Assembly: GCA_002269645.1 (NCBI GenBank) | Contig: NIVC01004006.1 | Location: 1 to 64,000, forward strand | Direction: 5' to 3' | Source: Macrostomum lignano | Lineage: Eukaryota | DNA length: 64,000 nucleotides | Shown here: one piece after another, positions 1 through 13,030 of the stretch | How the letters are laid out: each line of letters begins with the position of its first letter | How positions within the stretch are numbered: position 1 is the stretch's first letter | Program-made: the position numbers and the translations under genes | The notes under the pieces: model-generated | The model's input: the letters and a program-made list of their open reading frames with translations, nothing else | Told to the model about the DNA's origin: nothing | Databases searched by the model: none

Positions 1-3000
1 TCCCAATAAGTGCGACCCAAACAAATGCTGTTCAAAAATAGGCCTGGCTGCAATGTCCCAATAAATGCCCAACAAATTACTAGCCTTGAGCTAGGCTGGG
101 CTGTGTTTACTATTCAATGCGTTTGTACTTGTGTCCAACAATGCACTGAGATTGTTGCATTGCTTTTGAATTGTGCTCTACAAGTAACACAAGTACTCTG
201 GTGTACAATACTTCTACAGCAGATAATACTCACCCAAAACAGATCGTCTCTTTCTCTTAATCCTGTGCCGGACGGGTTTTCTTCAGATCCACCAGAAAAT
301 TCACAAATAGACTGACTGCCTGCACGGATAGCGGCTGCTGCTGCTGCGGCTTGTGAGCAGCAAGTGAACCAAATGACGGATGCAGCGGCGAGATCAGAAT
401 GCTCGCTGCTGATCGTTAAAGCGCATTCTTGTCTCTTAGGCATGTCGCTGGCGTGGCTGACTTCAGAATCTGCGAGGAAAAGAAATCAATTAAGATAGGC
501 TTGCTTTAGTAATCATTAATAGGCTATAAAGGAACCCTTTAATAGAACGTGTTCAACTAATGCTGGGTCTGTTTTGAAAAGTCAGAACTCAGAAGTAGTC
601 GCGATTAGAATCAGTATTGTCCCAATAAGTGCGACCCAACAAATGCTGTTCAAAAAATAGGCCTGGCTGCAATGTCCCAATAAATGCCCAACAAATTACT
701 AGCCTTGAGCTAGGCTGGGCTGTGTTTACTATTCAATGCGTTTGTAGCTTGTGTCCCAACAATGCCACTGAGATTGTTGCATTGCTTTTCAATTGTGCTC
801 TACCAAGTAACACAAGTACTCTGGTGTACAATACTTCTACAGCAGATAATACTCACCCAAAACAGATCGTCTCTTTCTCTTTAATCCTGTGCCGGACGGG
901 TTTTCTTCAGATCCACCAGAAAATTCACAAAGAGACTGACTGCCTGCACGGATAGCGGCTGCTGCTGCTGCGGCTTGTGAGCAGCAAGTGAACCAAATGA
1001 CGGATGCAGCGGCGAGATCAGAATGCTCGCTGCTGATCGTTAAAGCGCATTCTTGTCTCTTAGGCATGTCGCTGGCGTGGCTGACTTCAGAATCTGCGAG
1101 GAAAAGAAATCAATTAAGATAGGCTTGCTTTAGTAATCATTAATAGGCTATAAAGGAACCCTTTAATAGAACGTGTTCAACTAATGCTGGGTCTGTTTTG
1201 AAAAGTCAGAACTCAGAAGTAGTCGCGATTAGAATCAGTATTGTCCCAATAAGTGCGACCAACAAATGCTGTTCAAAAAATAGGCCTGGCTGCAATGTCC
1301 CAATAAATGCCCAACAAATTACTAGCCTTGAGCTAGGCTGGGCTGTGTTTACTATTCAATGCGTTTGTAGCTTGTGTCCCAACAATGCCACTGAGATTGT
1401 TGCATTGCTTTTGAATTGTGCTCTACCAAGTAACACAAGTACTCTGGTGTACAATACTTCTACAGCAGATAATACTCACCCAAAACAGATCGTCTCTTTC
1501 TCTTTAATCCTGTGCCGGACGGGTTTTCTTCAGATCCACCAGAAAATTCACAAAGAGACTGACTGCCTGCACGGATAGCGGCTGCTGCTGCTGCGGCTTG
1601 TGAGCAGCAAGTGAACCAAATGACGGATGCAGCGGCGAGATCAGAATGCTCGCTGCTGATCGTTAAAGCGCATTCTTGTCTCTTAGGCATGTCGCTGGCG
1701 TGGCTGACTTCAGAATCTGCGAGGAAAAGAAATCAATTAAGATAGGCTTGCTTTAGTAATCATTAATAGGCTATAAAGGAACCCTTTAATAGAACGTGTT
1801 CAACTAATGCTGGGTCTGTTTTGAAAAGTCAGAACTCAGAAGTAGTCGCGATTAGAATCAGTATTGTCCCAATAAGTGCGACCCAACAAATGCTGTTCAA
1901 AAAATAGGCCTGGCTGCAATGTCCAATAAATGCCAACAAATTACTAGCCTTGAGCTAGGCTGGGCTGTGTTTACTATTCAATGCGTTTGTAGCTTGTGTC
2001 CCAACATATCACTGAGATTGTTGCATTGCTTTTGAATTGTGCTCTACCAAGTAACACAAGTACTCTGGTGTACAATACTTCTACAGCAGATAATACTCAC
2101 CCAAAACAGATCGTCTCTTTCTCTTTAATCCTGTGCCGGACGGGTTTTCTTCAGATCCACCAGAAAATTCACAAATAGACTGACTGCCTGCACGGATAGC
2201 GGCTGCTGCTGCTGCGGCTTGTGAGCAGCAAGTGAACCAAATGACGGATGCAGCGGCGAGATCAGAATGCTCGCTGCTGATCGTTAAAGCGCATTCTTGT
2301 CTCTTAGGCATGTCGCTGGCGTGGCTGACTTCAGAATCTGCGAGGAAAAGAAATCAATTAAGATAGGCTTGCTTTAGTAATCATTAATAGGCTATAAAGG
2401 AACCCTTTAATAGAACGTGTTCAACTAATGCTGGGTCTGTTTTGAAAAGTCAGAACTCAGAAGTAGTCGCGATTAGAATCAGTATTGTCCCAATAAGTGC
2501 GACCCAACAAATGCTGTTCAAAAAATAGGCCTGGCTGCAATGTCCCAATAAATGCCCAACAAATTACTAGCCTTGAGCTAGGCTGCTCAGAGCTCTACCA
2601 AGTACACACAAGTACTCTGGTGTACAATACTTCTACAGCAGATAATACTCACCCAAAACAGATCGTCTCTTTCTCTTTAATCCTGTGCCGGACGGGTTTT
2701 CTTCAGATCCACCAGAAAATTCACAAATAGACTGACTGCCTGCACGGATAGCGGCTGCTGCTGCTGCGGCTTGTGAGCAGCAAGTGAACCAAATGACGGA
2801 TGCAGCGGCGAGATCAGAATGCTCGCTGCTGATCGTTAAAGCGCATTCTTGTCTCTTAGGCATGTCGCTGGCGTGGCTGACTTCAGAATCTGCGAGGAAA
2901 AGAAATCAATTAAGATAGGCTTGCTTTAGTAATCATTAATAGGCTATAAAGGAACCCTTTAATAGAACGTGTTCAACTAATGCTGGGTCTGTTTTGAAAA

Positions 3001-6000
3001 GTCAGAACTCAGAAGTAGTCGCGATTAGAATCAGTATTGTCCCAATAAGTGCGACCCAACAAATGCTGTTCAAAAAATAGGCCTGGCTGCAATGTCCCAA
3101 TAAATGCCCAACAAATTACTAGCCTTGAGCTAGGCTGGGCTGTGTTTACTATTCAATGCGTTTGTAGCTTGTGTCCCAACAATGCCACTGAGATTGTTGC
3201 ATTGCTTTTGAATTGTGCTCTACCAAGTAACACAAGTACTCTGGTGTACAATACTTCTACAGCAGATAATACTCACCCAAAACAGATCGTCTCTTTCTCT
3301 TTAATCCTGTGCCGGACGGGTTTTCTTCAGATCCACCAGAAAATTCACAATAGACTGACTGCCTGCACGGATAGCGGCTGCTGCTGCTGCGGCTTGTGAG
3401 CAGCAAGTGAACCAAATGACGGATGCAGCGGCGAGATCAGAATGCTCGCTGCTGATCGTTAAAGCGCATTCTTGTCTCTTAGGCATGTCGCTGGCGTGGC
3501 TGACTTCAGAATCTGCGAGGAAAAGAAATCAATTAAGATAGGCTTGCTTTAGTAATCATTAATAGGCTATAAAGGAACCCTTTAATAGAACGTGTTCAAC
3601 TAATGCTGGGTCTGTTTTGAAAAGTCAGAACTCAGAAGTAGTCGCGATTAGAATCAGTATTGTCCCAATAAGTGCGACCCAACAAATGCTGTTCAAAAAA
3701 TAGGCCTGGCTGCAATGTCCCAATAAATGCCCAACAAATTACTAGCCTTGAGCTAGGCTGGGCTGTGTTTACTATTCAATGCGTTTGTAGCTTGTGTCCC
3801 AACAATGCCACTGAGATTGTTGCATTGCTTTTGAATTGTGCTCTACCAAGTAACACAAGTACTCTGGTGTACAATACTTCTACAGCAGATAATACTCACC
3901 CAAAACAGATCGTCTCTTTCTCTTTAATCCTGTGCCGGACGGGTTTTCTTCAGATCCACCAGAAAATTCACAAATAGACTGACTGCCTGCACGGATAGCG
4001 GCTGCTGCTGCTGCGGCTTGTGAGCAGCAAGTGAACCAAATGACGGATGCAGCGGCGAGATCAGAATGCTCGCTGCTGATCGTTAAAGCGCATTCTTGTC
4101 TCTTAGGCATGTCGCTGGCGTGGCTGACTTCAGAATCTGCGAGGAAAAGAAATCAATTAAGATAGGCTTGCTTTAGTAATCATTAATAGGCTATAAAGGA
4201 ACCCTTTAATAGAACGTGTTCAACTAATGCTGGGTCTGTTTTGAAAAGTCAGAACTCAGAAGTAGTCGCGATTAGAATCAGTATTGTCCCAATAAGTGCG
4301 ACCCAACAAATGCTGTTCAAAAAATAGGCCTGGCTGCAATGTCCCAATAAATGCCCAACAAATTACTAGCCTTGAGCTAGGCTGGGCTGTGTTTACTATT
4401 CAATGCGTTTGTAGCTTGTGTCCCAACAATGCCACTGAGATTGTTGCATTGCTTTTAATTGTGCTCTACCAAGTAACACAAGTACTCTGGTGTACAATAC
4501 TTCTACAGCAGATAATACTCACCCAAAACAGATCGTCTCTTTCTCTTTAATCCTGTGCCGGACGGGTTTTCTTCAGATCCACCAGAAAATTCACAAATAG
4601 ACTGACTGCCTGCACGGATAGCGGCTGCTGCTGCTGCGGCTTGTGAGCAGCAAGTGAACCAAATGACGGATGCAGCGGCGAGATCAGAATGCTCGCTGCT
4701 GATCGTTAAAGCGCATTCTTGTCTCTTAGGCATGTCGCTGGCGTGGCTGACTTCAGAATCTGCGAGGAAAAGAAATCAATTAAGATAGGCTTGCTTTAGT
4801 AATCATTAATAGGCTATAAAGGAACCCTTTAATAGAACGTGTTCAACTAATGCTGGGTCTGTTTTGAAAAGTCAGAACTCAGAAGTAGTCGCGATTAGAA
4901 TCAGTATTGTCCCAATAAGTGCGACCCAACAAATGCTGTTCAAAAAATAGGCCTGGCTGCAATGTCCCAATAAATGCCCAACAAATTACTAGCCTTGAGC
5001 TAGGCTGGGCTGTGTTTACTATTCAATGCGTTTGTAGCTTGTGTCCCAACAATGCCACTGAGATTGTTGCATTGCTTTTGAATTGTGCTCTACCAAGTAA
5101 CACAAGTACTCTGGTGTACAATACTTCTACAGCAGATAATACTCACCCAAAACAGATCGTCTCTTTCTCTTTAATCCTGTGCCGGACGGGTTTTCTTCAG
5201 ATCCACCAGAAAATTCACAAATAGACTGACTGCCTGCACGGATAGCGGCTGCTGCTGCTGCGGCTTGTGAGCAGCAAGTGAACCAAATGACGGATGCAGC
5301 GGCGAGATCAGAATGCTCGCTGCTGATCGTTAAAGCGCATTCTTGTCTCTTAGGCATGTCGCTGGCGTGGCTGACTTCAGAATCTGCGAGGAAAAGAAAT
5401 CAATTAAGATAGGCTTGCTTTAGTAATCATTAATAGGCTATAAAGGAACCCTTTAATAGAACGTGTTCAACTAATGCTGGGTCTGTTTTGAAAAGTCAGA
5501 ACTCAGAAGTAGTCGCGATTAGAATCAGTATTGTCCCAATAAGTGCGACCCAACAAATGCTGTTCAAAAAATAGGCCTGGCTGCAATGTCCCAATAAATG
5601 CCCAACAAATTACTAGCCTTGAGCTAGGCTGGGCTGTGTTTACTATTCAATGCGTTTGTAGCTTGTGTCCCAACAATGCCACTGAGATTGTTGCATTGCT
5701 TTTGAATTGTGCTCTACCAAGTAACACAAGTACTCTGGTGTACAATACTTCTACAGCAGATAATACTCACCCAAAACAGATCGTCTCTTTCTCTTTAATC
5801 CTGTGCCGGACGGGTTTTCTTCAGATCCACCAGAAAATTCACAAATAGACTGACTGCCTGCACGGATAGCGGCTGCTGCTGCTGCTGCTGCTGCTGCTGC
5901 GGCTTGTGAGCAGCAAGTGAACCAAATGACGGATGCAGCGGCGAGATCAGAATGCTCGCTGCTGATCGTTAAAGCGCATTCTTGTCTCTTAGGCATGTCG

Positions 6001-7135
6001 CTGGCGTGGCTGACTTCAGAATCTGCGAGGAAAAGAAATCAATTAAGATAGGCTTGCCTTTAGTAATCATTAATAGGCTATAAAGGAACCCTTTAATAGA
6101 ACGTGTTCAACTAATGCTGGGTCTGTTTTGAAAAGTCAGAACTCAGAAGTAGTCGCGATTAGAATCAGTATTGTCCCAATAAGTGCGACCCAACAAATGC
6201 TGTTCAAAAAATAGGCCTGGCTGCAATGTCCCAATAAATGCCCAACAAATTACTAGCCTTGAGCTAGGCTGGGCTGTGTTTACTATTCAATGCGTTTGTA
6301 GCTTGTGTCCCAACAATGCCACTGAGATTGTTGCATTGCTTTTGAATTGTGCTCTACCAAGTAACACAAGTACTCTGGTGTACAATACTTCTACAGCAGA
6401 TAATACTCACCCAAAACAGATCGTCTCTTTCTCTTTAATCCTGTGCCGGACGGGTTTTCTTCAGATCCACCAGAAAATTCACAAAGAGACTGACTGCCTG
6501 CACGGATAGCGGCTGCTGCTGCTGCGGCTTGTGAGCAGCAAGTGAACCAAATGACGGATGCAGCGGCGAGATCAGAATGCTCGCTGCTGATCGTTAAAGC
6601 GCATTCTTGTCTCTTAGGCATGTCGCTGGCGTGGCTGACTTCAGAATCTGCGAGGAAAAGAAATCAATTAAGATAGGCTTGCCTTTAGTAATCATTAATA
6701 GGCTATAAAGGAACCCTTTAATAGAACGTGTTCAACTAATGCTGGGTCTGTTTTGAAAAGTCAGAACTCAGAAGTAGTCGCGATTAGAATCAGTATTGTC
6801 CCAATAAGTGCGACCCAACAAATGCTGTTCAAAAAATAGGCCTGGCTGCAATGTCCCAATAAATGCCCAACAAATTACTAGCCTTGAGCTAGGCTGGGCT
6901 GTGTTTACTATTCAATGCGTTTGTAGCTTGTGTCCCAACAATGCCACTGAGATTGTTGCATTGCTTTTGAATTGTGCTCTACCAAGTAACACAAGTACTC
7001 TGGTGTACAATACTTCTACAGCAGATAATACTCACCCAAAACAGATCGTCTCTTTCTCTTTAATCCTGTGCCGGACGGGTTTTCTTCAGATCCACCAGAA
7101 AATTCACAAATAGACTGACTGCCTGCACGGATAGC

Positions 7136-7168
<33 letters not shown>

Positions 7169-9707
7169 GGCTTGTGAGCAGCAAGTGAACCAAATGACGG
7201 ATGCAGCGGCGAGATCAGAATGCTCGCTGCTGATCGTTAAAGCGCATTCTTGTCTCTTAGGCATGTCGCTGGCGTGGCTGACTTCAGAATCTGCGAGGAA
7301 AAGAAATCAATTAAGATAGGCTTGCCTTTAGTAATCATTAATAGGCTATAAAGGAACCCTTTAATAGAACGTGTTCAACTAATGCTGGGTCTGTTTTGAA
7401 AAGTCAGAACTCAGAAGTAGTCGCGATTAGAATCAGTATTGTCCCAATAAGTGCGACCCAACAAATGCTGTTCAAAAAATAGGCCTGGCTGCAATGTCCC
7501 AATAAATGCCCAACAAATTACTAGCCTTGAGCTAGGCTGGGCTGTGTTTACTATTCAATGCGTTTGTAGCTTGTGTCCCAACAATGCCACTGAGATTGTT
7601 GCATTGCTTTTGAATTGTGCTCTACCAAGTAACACAAGTACTCTGGTGTACAATACTTCTACAGCAGATAATACTCACCCAAAACAGATCGTCTCTTTCT
7701 CTTTAATCCTGTGCCGGACGGGTTTTCTTCAGATCCACCAGAAAATTCACAAAGAGACTGACTGCCTGCACGGATAGCGGCTGCTGCTGCTGCGGCTTGT
7801 GAGCAGCAAGTGAACCAAATGACGGATGCAGCGGCGAGATCAGAATGCTCGCTGCTGATCGTTAAAGCGCATTCTTGTCTCTTAGGCATGTCGCTGGCGT
7901 GGCTGACTTCAGAATCTGCGAGGAAAAGAAATCAATTAAGATAGGCTTGCTTTAGTAATCATTAATAGGCTATAAAGGAACCCTTTAATAGAACGTGTTC
8001 AACTAATGCTGGGTCTGTTTTGAAAAGTCAGAACTCAGAAGTAGTCGCGATTAGAATCAGTATTGTCCCAATAAGTGCGACCCAACAAATGCTGTTCAAA
8101 AAATAGGCCTGGCTGCAATGTCCCAATAAATGCCCAACAAATTACTAGCCTTGAGCTAGGCTGGGCTGTGTTTACTATTCAATGCGTTTGTAGCTTGTGT
8201 CCCAACAATGCCACTGAGATTGTTGCATTGCTTTTCAATTGTGCTCTACCAAGTAACACAAGTACTCTGGTGTACAATACTTCTACAGCAGATAATACTC
8301 ACCCAAAACAGATCGTCTCTTTCTCTTTAATCCTGTGCCGGACGGGTTTTCTTCAGATCCACCAGAAAATTCACAAAGAGACTGACTGCCTGCACGGATA
8401 GCGGCTGCTGCTGCTGCGGCTTGTGAGCAGCAAGTGAACCAAATGACGGATGCAGCGGCGAGATCAGAATGCTCGCTGCTGATCGTTAAAGCGCATTCTT
8501 GTCTCTTAGGCATGTCGCTGGCGTGGCTGACTTCAGAATCTGCGAGGAAAAGAAATCAATTAAGATAGGCTTGCCTTTAGTAATCATTAATAGGCTATAA
8601 AGGAACCCTTTAATAGAACGTGTTCAACTAATGCTGGGTCTGTTTTGAAAAGTCAGAACTCAGAAGTAGTCGCGATTAGAATCAGTATTGTCCCAATAAG
8701 TGCGACCCAACAAATGCTGTTCAAAAAATAGGCCTGGCTGCAATGTCCCAATAAATGCCCAACAAATTACTAGCCTTGAGCTAGGCTGGGCTGTGTTTAC
8801 TATTCAATGCGTTTGTAGCTTGTGTCCCAACAATGCCACTGAGATTGTTGCATTGCTTTTCAATTGTGCTCTACCAAGTAACACAAGTACTCTGGTGTAC
8901 AATACTTCTACAGCAGATAATACTCACCCAAAACAGATCGTCTCTTTCTCTTTAATCCTGTGCCGGACGGGTTTTCTTCAGATCCACCAGAAAATTCACA
9001 AAGAGACTGACTGCCTGCACGGATAGCGGCTGCTGCTGCTGCGGCTTGTGAGCAGCAAGTGAACCAAATGACGGATGCAGCGGCGAGATCAGAATGCTCG
9101 CTGCTGATCGTTAAAGCGCATTCTTGTCTCTTAGGCATGTCGCTGGCGTGGCTGACTTCAGAATCTGCGAGGAAAAGAAATCAATTAAGATAGGCTTGCC
9201 TTTAGTAATCATTAATAGGCTATAAAGGAACCCTTTAATAGAACGTGTTCAACTAATGCTGGGTCTGTTTTGAAAAGTCAGAACTCAGAAGTAGTCGCGA
9301 TTAGAATCAGTATTGTCCCAATAAGTGCGACCCAACAAATGCTGTTCAAAAAATAGGCCTGGCTGCAATGTCCCAATAAATGCCCAACAAATTACTAGCC
9401 TTGAGCTAGGCTGGGCTGTGTTTACTATTCAATGCGTTTGTAGCTTGTGTCCCAACAATGCCACTGAGATTGTTGCATTGCTTTTCAATTGTGCTCTACC
9501 AAGTAACACAAGTACTCTGGTGTACAATACTTCTACAGCAGATAATACTCACCCAAAACAGATCGTCTCTTTCTCTTTAATCCTGTGCCGGACGGGTTTT
9601 CTTCAGATCCACCAGAAAATTCACAAATAGACTGACTGCCTGCACGGATAGCGGCTGCTGCTGCTGCGGCTTGTGAGCAGCAAGTGAACCAAATGACGGA
9701 TGCAGCG
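1..9707. repeat. Tandem array of a ~624-bp unit, 15 full copies plus a truncated 16th; continues off the left edge
   Basis: Near-identical unit starts recur at ~10, 629, 1253, 1876, 2497, 3049, 3672, 4296, 4919, 5543, 6183, 6808, 7451, 8075, 8700 and 9325. Homology ends abruptly at 9707. Confidence 0.98.
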
Positions 9708-9735
9708 TTGTAAATGCAGGATGCAGGATGATTGG
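233..9735 (-). CDS. Putative tandem-exon polyprotein: repeated 237-nt phase-1/phase-1 exon encoding a 79-aa Cys-containing unit ending in KRKRRS
   Basis: Each unit has a TTTCTTTTCCTCGCAG acceptor and a G|GTGAGT donor (e.g. exon 1093-857). Only the phase-1 frame is open: DSEVSHASDMPKRQECALTISSEHSDLAAASVIWFTCCSQAAAAAAAIRAGSQS(I/L)CEFSGGSEENPSGTGLKRKRRSVLG. The start and final exons were not identified. Confidence 0.5.
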
Positions 9736-11459
9736 CTGTTGTAAATTAATTGATAAATAAGGTGATCGTGCCGCCTCTCTTATATTTCACTGAGCTCAGA
9801 GTATTACTAGGCTGCTTATTATTTTTTTCAACGTACAAAAAATACGACATATACGAGTACGAGACAATACTTACTGGACAATGAAGGCAAATCTGTTTGT
9901 TATAGAAGAAAACGGTAGCTTATCGATATCAACGTATCTGGAATTTTAGAAAAGTACATATGTAAATTCCAGTTAAGTTTTTATTTAATCATAAAATTTT
10001 AAAAAGAATTTTAAATTCTACTTACATATGTGTAATGGTTCCTAGCCAAGTCTTTTCATGCCAGGTCATGCATGGAAACTCTTGTGACGTGGCACATTTT
10101 GTCTGTGTAGTGCAGGTCTCGTAAATGAATTATATTCGCTTGAACATATGCAGTACCGCCAGTACGCCGTTTGTCAAAGGGAACTTCTACATGTACCTTT
10201 CCGTTAGAATTGGCTCTTCCTCTTGTAGGCCTCAACTTCAGTGTAAACTTTATCCCGACTCCCTTGCGCCCGCCTCTCCTCCCCGCTTCCCCCCGCCGCG
10301 ATAGGAATGTACGCGTGGCCTGGGTAAGGGATTGCCTGGGTCTTGTACACGCTTGTCCTAACACTTCTGCACTGTACGTGGGTTTATCTTTACGATCCAA
10401 GATAAGCAGAATTGTTTTCCAGGAAGGCCTAGTAGTTAGTTTTGGGCCAAACTAGTCATCGATTTCGACTTTACAGTGACAGTGACACGCAAACATGTGC
10501 TAGCAGTCCATGCAGTCATCTTAAGTTTCTTGGTATCTCAGTACATTTCAGTATACCAGACGATAATTATCATAATTCTAGGAAAAATTTTTCTACATAG
10601 TATAGCTGCCCAAACCCAGGCCAATAAGGAAGTCATTTAAAGCCTTAGAGATTAAACGTTTCCCTCTAATACTCGTCCTCGGTTTTCTCGGGAAATGCAA
10701 AGTTTTTCTTTGCCCTTTATTTCTTTGCTCTAAAAGCGCTTCATAAGACTGTGAGAATTTCCACCGGAAAACTACCTCACTCAAAGTGTCACTTTACGTT
10801 AATGGCCTCCAGTCACTAACTTGAGTCAGTTAATACCCATTCACATATGACAAATAGATTAATGCAGCTGACTGAAAACGAGAATTTCAGTTAAAATGGC
10901 CGAGGGCACAGGCGGATGTAACCTTAATTTGCCATGTTTCGTGTATAAGTGAAATTGGAAGCTAATGAATTTAGATGCTAGCTGTTTCTATGCAAAAATC
11001 TAAATATACTAAATCTATAAGGTTTGTATGCTTGATTGTAATATTCTAAATCTGTATTAAATTATTTCATATTTAGTAAACACGATGCCAAATGTCAGTG
11101 GATCCTTTCAAGTGTTGATTGGCAGCCCTGTAGGGAACCTTTATCTGTTACTTGTAGTAGACTTTCTTGATATTGTAAGAAATATTGTAATAAAACGAGA
11201 ATTCCGATTTGAGACCCAATTGTTCTGTTGGATCAGACCATCAGTTCGCATAATTTTTTAAACTTCTTAGGACACTGCAAATCATTAGATTCCCCGTGTT
11301 TGATTAAAAATATGAAAAAATGACATTGATTTTTGAAAGGAGAATCGAAAGACGGTTCCAATGAATATTTTTTCATTTCAATAGAATTCATTTTTGGAAG
11401 TGTCGGGACGCACTTATTGGGCCTGGCCCAACACATTTTTGGTCCTAATAGCACGGGTC

Positions 11460-11703
11460 AGTTTATACACGCTTGTCCGAAGAAATGCCTAATGCACAAA
11501 CACGCAGTCATACGCACAGGCACACACTCACACAGGAGTGTACAGCGGCCCTAACTTTATTTACCGTTAGGCATGTACACTTCATTGCACGAGCAGAGCC
11601 AAGCCGAGATTCCAATTTAACCCCAAATTTAATGCGACTTTGAATCGACCCTGGGCCGCTGGCACATTGGCACTCCGCGCTCGACCACTAGGGTGCGGCC
11701 CCC
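11460..11703 (-). mobile_element. tRNA-derived SINE, family A
   Basis: Degenerate tRNA-like head (reverse complement GGGGGCCGCACCCTAGTGG...GGGTCGATTC). It shares the core GTGTACAGCGGCCCTAACTTT with copies at 16010, 18361 and 56465. Confidence 0.7.
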
Positions 11704-11738
11704 AATGTAACTTATATAAGCCATAATGCCGCAATCTC

Positions 11739-11747
11739 AACAACAAT

Positions 11748-11789
<42 letters not shown>

Positions 11790-11834
11790 AACAATAACAA
11801 CAATAACATCAACAACAATAACAACAACAACAGT

Positions 11835-11915
<81 letters not shown>

Positions 11916-11924
11916 AATAATAAT

Positions 11925-11959
<35 letters not shown>
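11739..11959. repeat. (AAC)n microsatellite, the probable 3' tail of the adjacent LINE
   Basis: About 220 bp of AAC with AAT interruptions, directly downstream of the RT fragment on the minus strand. Confidence 0.95.
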
Positions 11960-12560
11960 AATACGCGTTCAGCGTCACAGGGCGCGCCTCAAGGCCAAGT
12001 CGCCAGCCGAATCCGGTGCGCCGGCGTCAGCCAGCAGGCAGACGGTGCCTGCAACGGTGCCTGCAGCGTCAGCAGCAGCACCTGCTGCATCGGCTCTGTG
12101 CAGTACAACTCGGCGCGGATGATGTGGCCTGCCAGCTGGAGTCGCCGACGGCGCAACAGGTCGCTTGGACGGACCAGGCCGGTGCGGTGATACAAAGCCG
12201 CGTTGGTCACTCGCTCGTAGCCGATCTTGAAGGCAGCGCGCAGCTGGCCAGCGTGCGCCGCGTCAACTTGTTGCTCGAGCGACTCCGTCAGCGTCCAGGT
12301 CTCGGCGTTGTACAGCAGGACGGTCTCGATCACCGCCTAGAACAACGCCTTTCTCTGGTCTCGGACTGCAGGACTGCCCTCGCAGAACGAAAGGCAGCCC
12401 AGGCAAGCCCGCGGCGACGCCGCAAATCCACGCGGACGCCGGGAACCAGACCGCTGAGGTAGACGAACTGCTGAGAACGCGGAAGCTCTGTCGCCTGTCC
12501 ATCAGCGCCTCGGCACAAAATCGCAGCCTCGATGTCGTCCGGCACGCAGAGCGCAATATC
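11960..12560 (-). mobile_element. 5'-truncated, frameshifted non-LTR retrotransposon (RTE-like) ORF2 C-terminus
   Basis: Translation shows QFVYLSGL..., LAWAAFR..., ETVLLYNAETWTLT...QVDAAH..LRAAF...TNAALY..G....SDLLRRRRLQLAGHIIR. These match the post-RT region of RTE-clade LINEs. Confidence 0.85.
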
Positions 12561-13030
12561 AGAAACATAAACTTGAAATCAACAAGCTAATACGAGCTAT
12601 TTACCCATTTTTAATCCTTAGCGGAGTTTAATCTTTAATCCTAAGGACAGCTAACTTCATGTCGACTATAACCAGACGCAACGAATATTTTTGCAGCATT
12701 TACATGTAAGCCCAACGAGACTATTTCCACAGGTGAGCTTATATGAAGTTTACTCGTGGACAGCCTAAGGTGAAGCGTAAAGGTGCTCACAGTTTGATCA
12801 AGTTCTTACGGCAAATTTTGGGCATCAACTACAAATTAGGCATGTATATAAATAAGTAAATGAAACAAAACCGTAATTAGCGAAGTAAAATGTTTTATTT
12901 ATTATATACTCTTTTCCTCTAGTATATATTAGCCGTGATTGGAATTAACGGCTGCATCAATTAGCTATACTTCAACCTGGTGGTTCACATTCTCTATATC
13001 GATGGTCCATACACCGCTCTCCAAGCCAGC

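Noticed and set aside
10-9630. Plus-strand ~101-126 aa ORFs repeated in each 624-bp unit
   Set aside because: They span the putative intron, are broken by most unit variants, and have no splice or domain support. The minus-strand exon explains the sequence better.
1-9707. The array as a hammerhead-ribozyme retrozyme or CRISPR array
   Set aside because: A CTGAAGA occurs on the minus strand, but I could not build the stems or GAAA core. Units are identical with no unique spacers, and the context is eukaryotic.
11582-11978. Poly-Leu and poly-Val ORFs
   Set aside because: Translation of the (AAC)n microsatellite.
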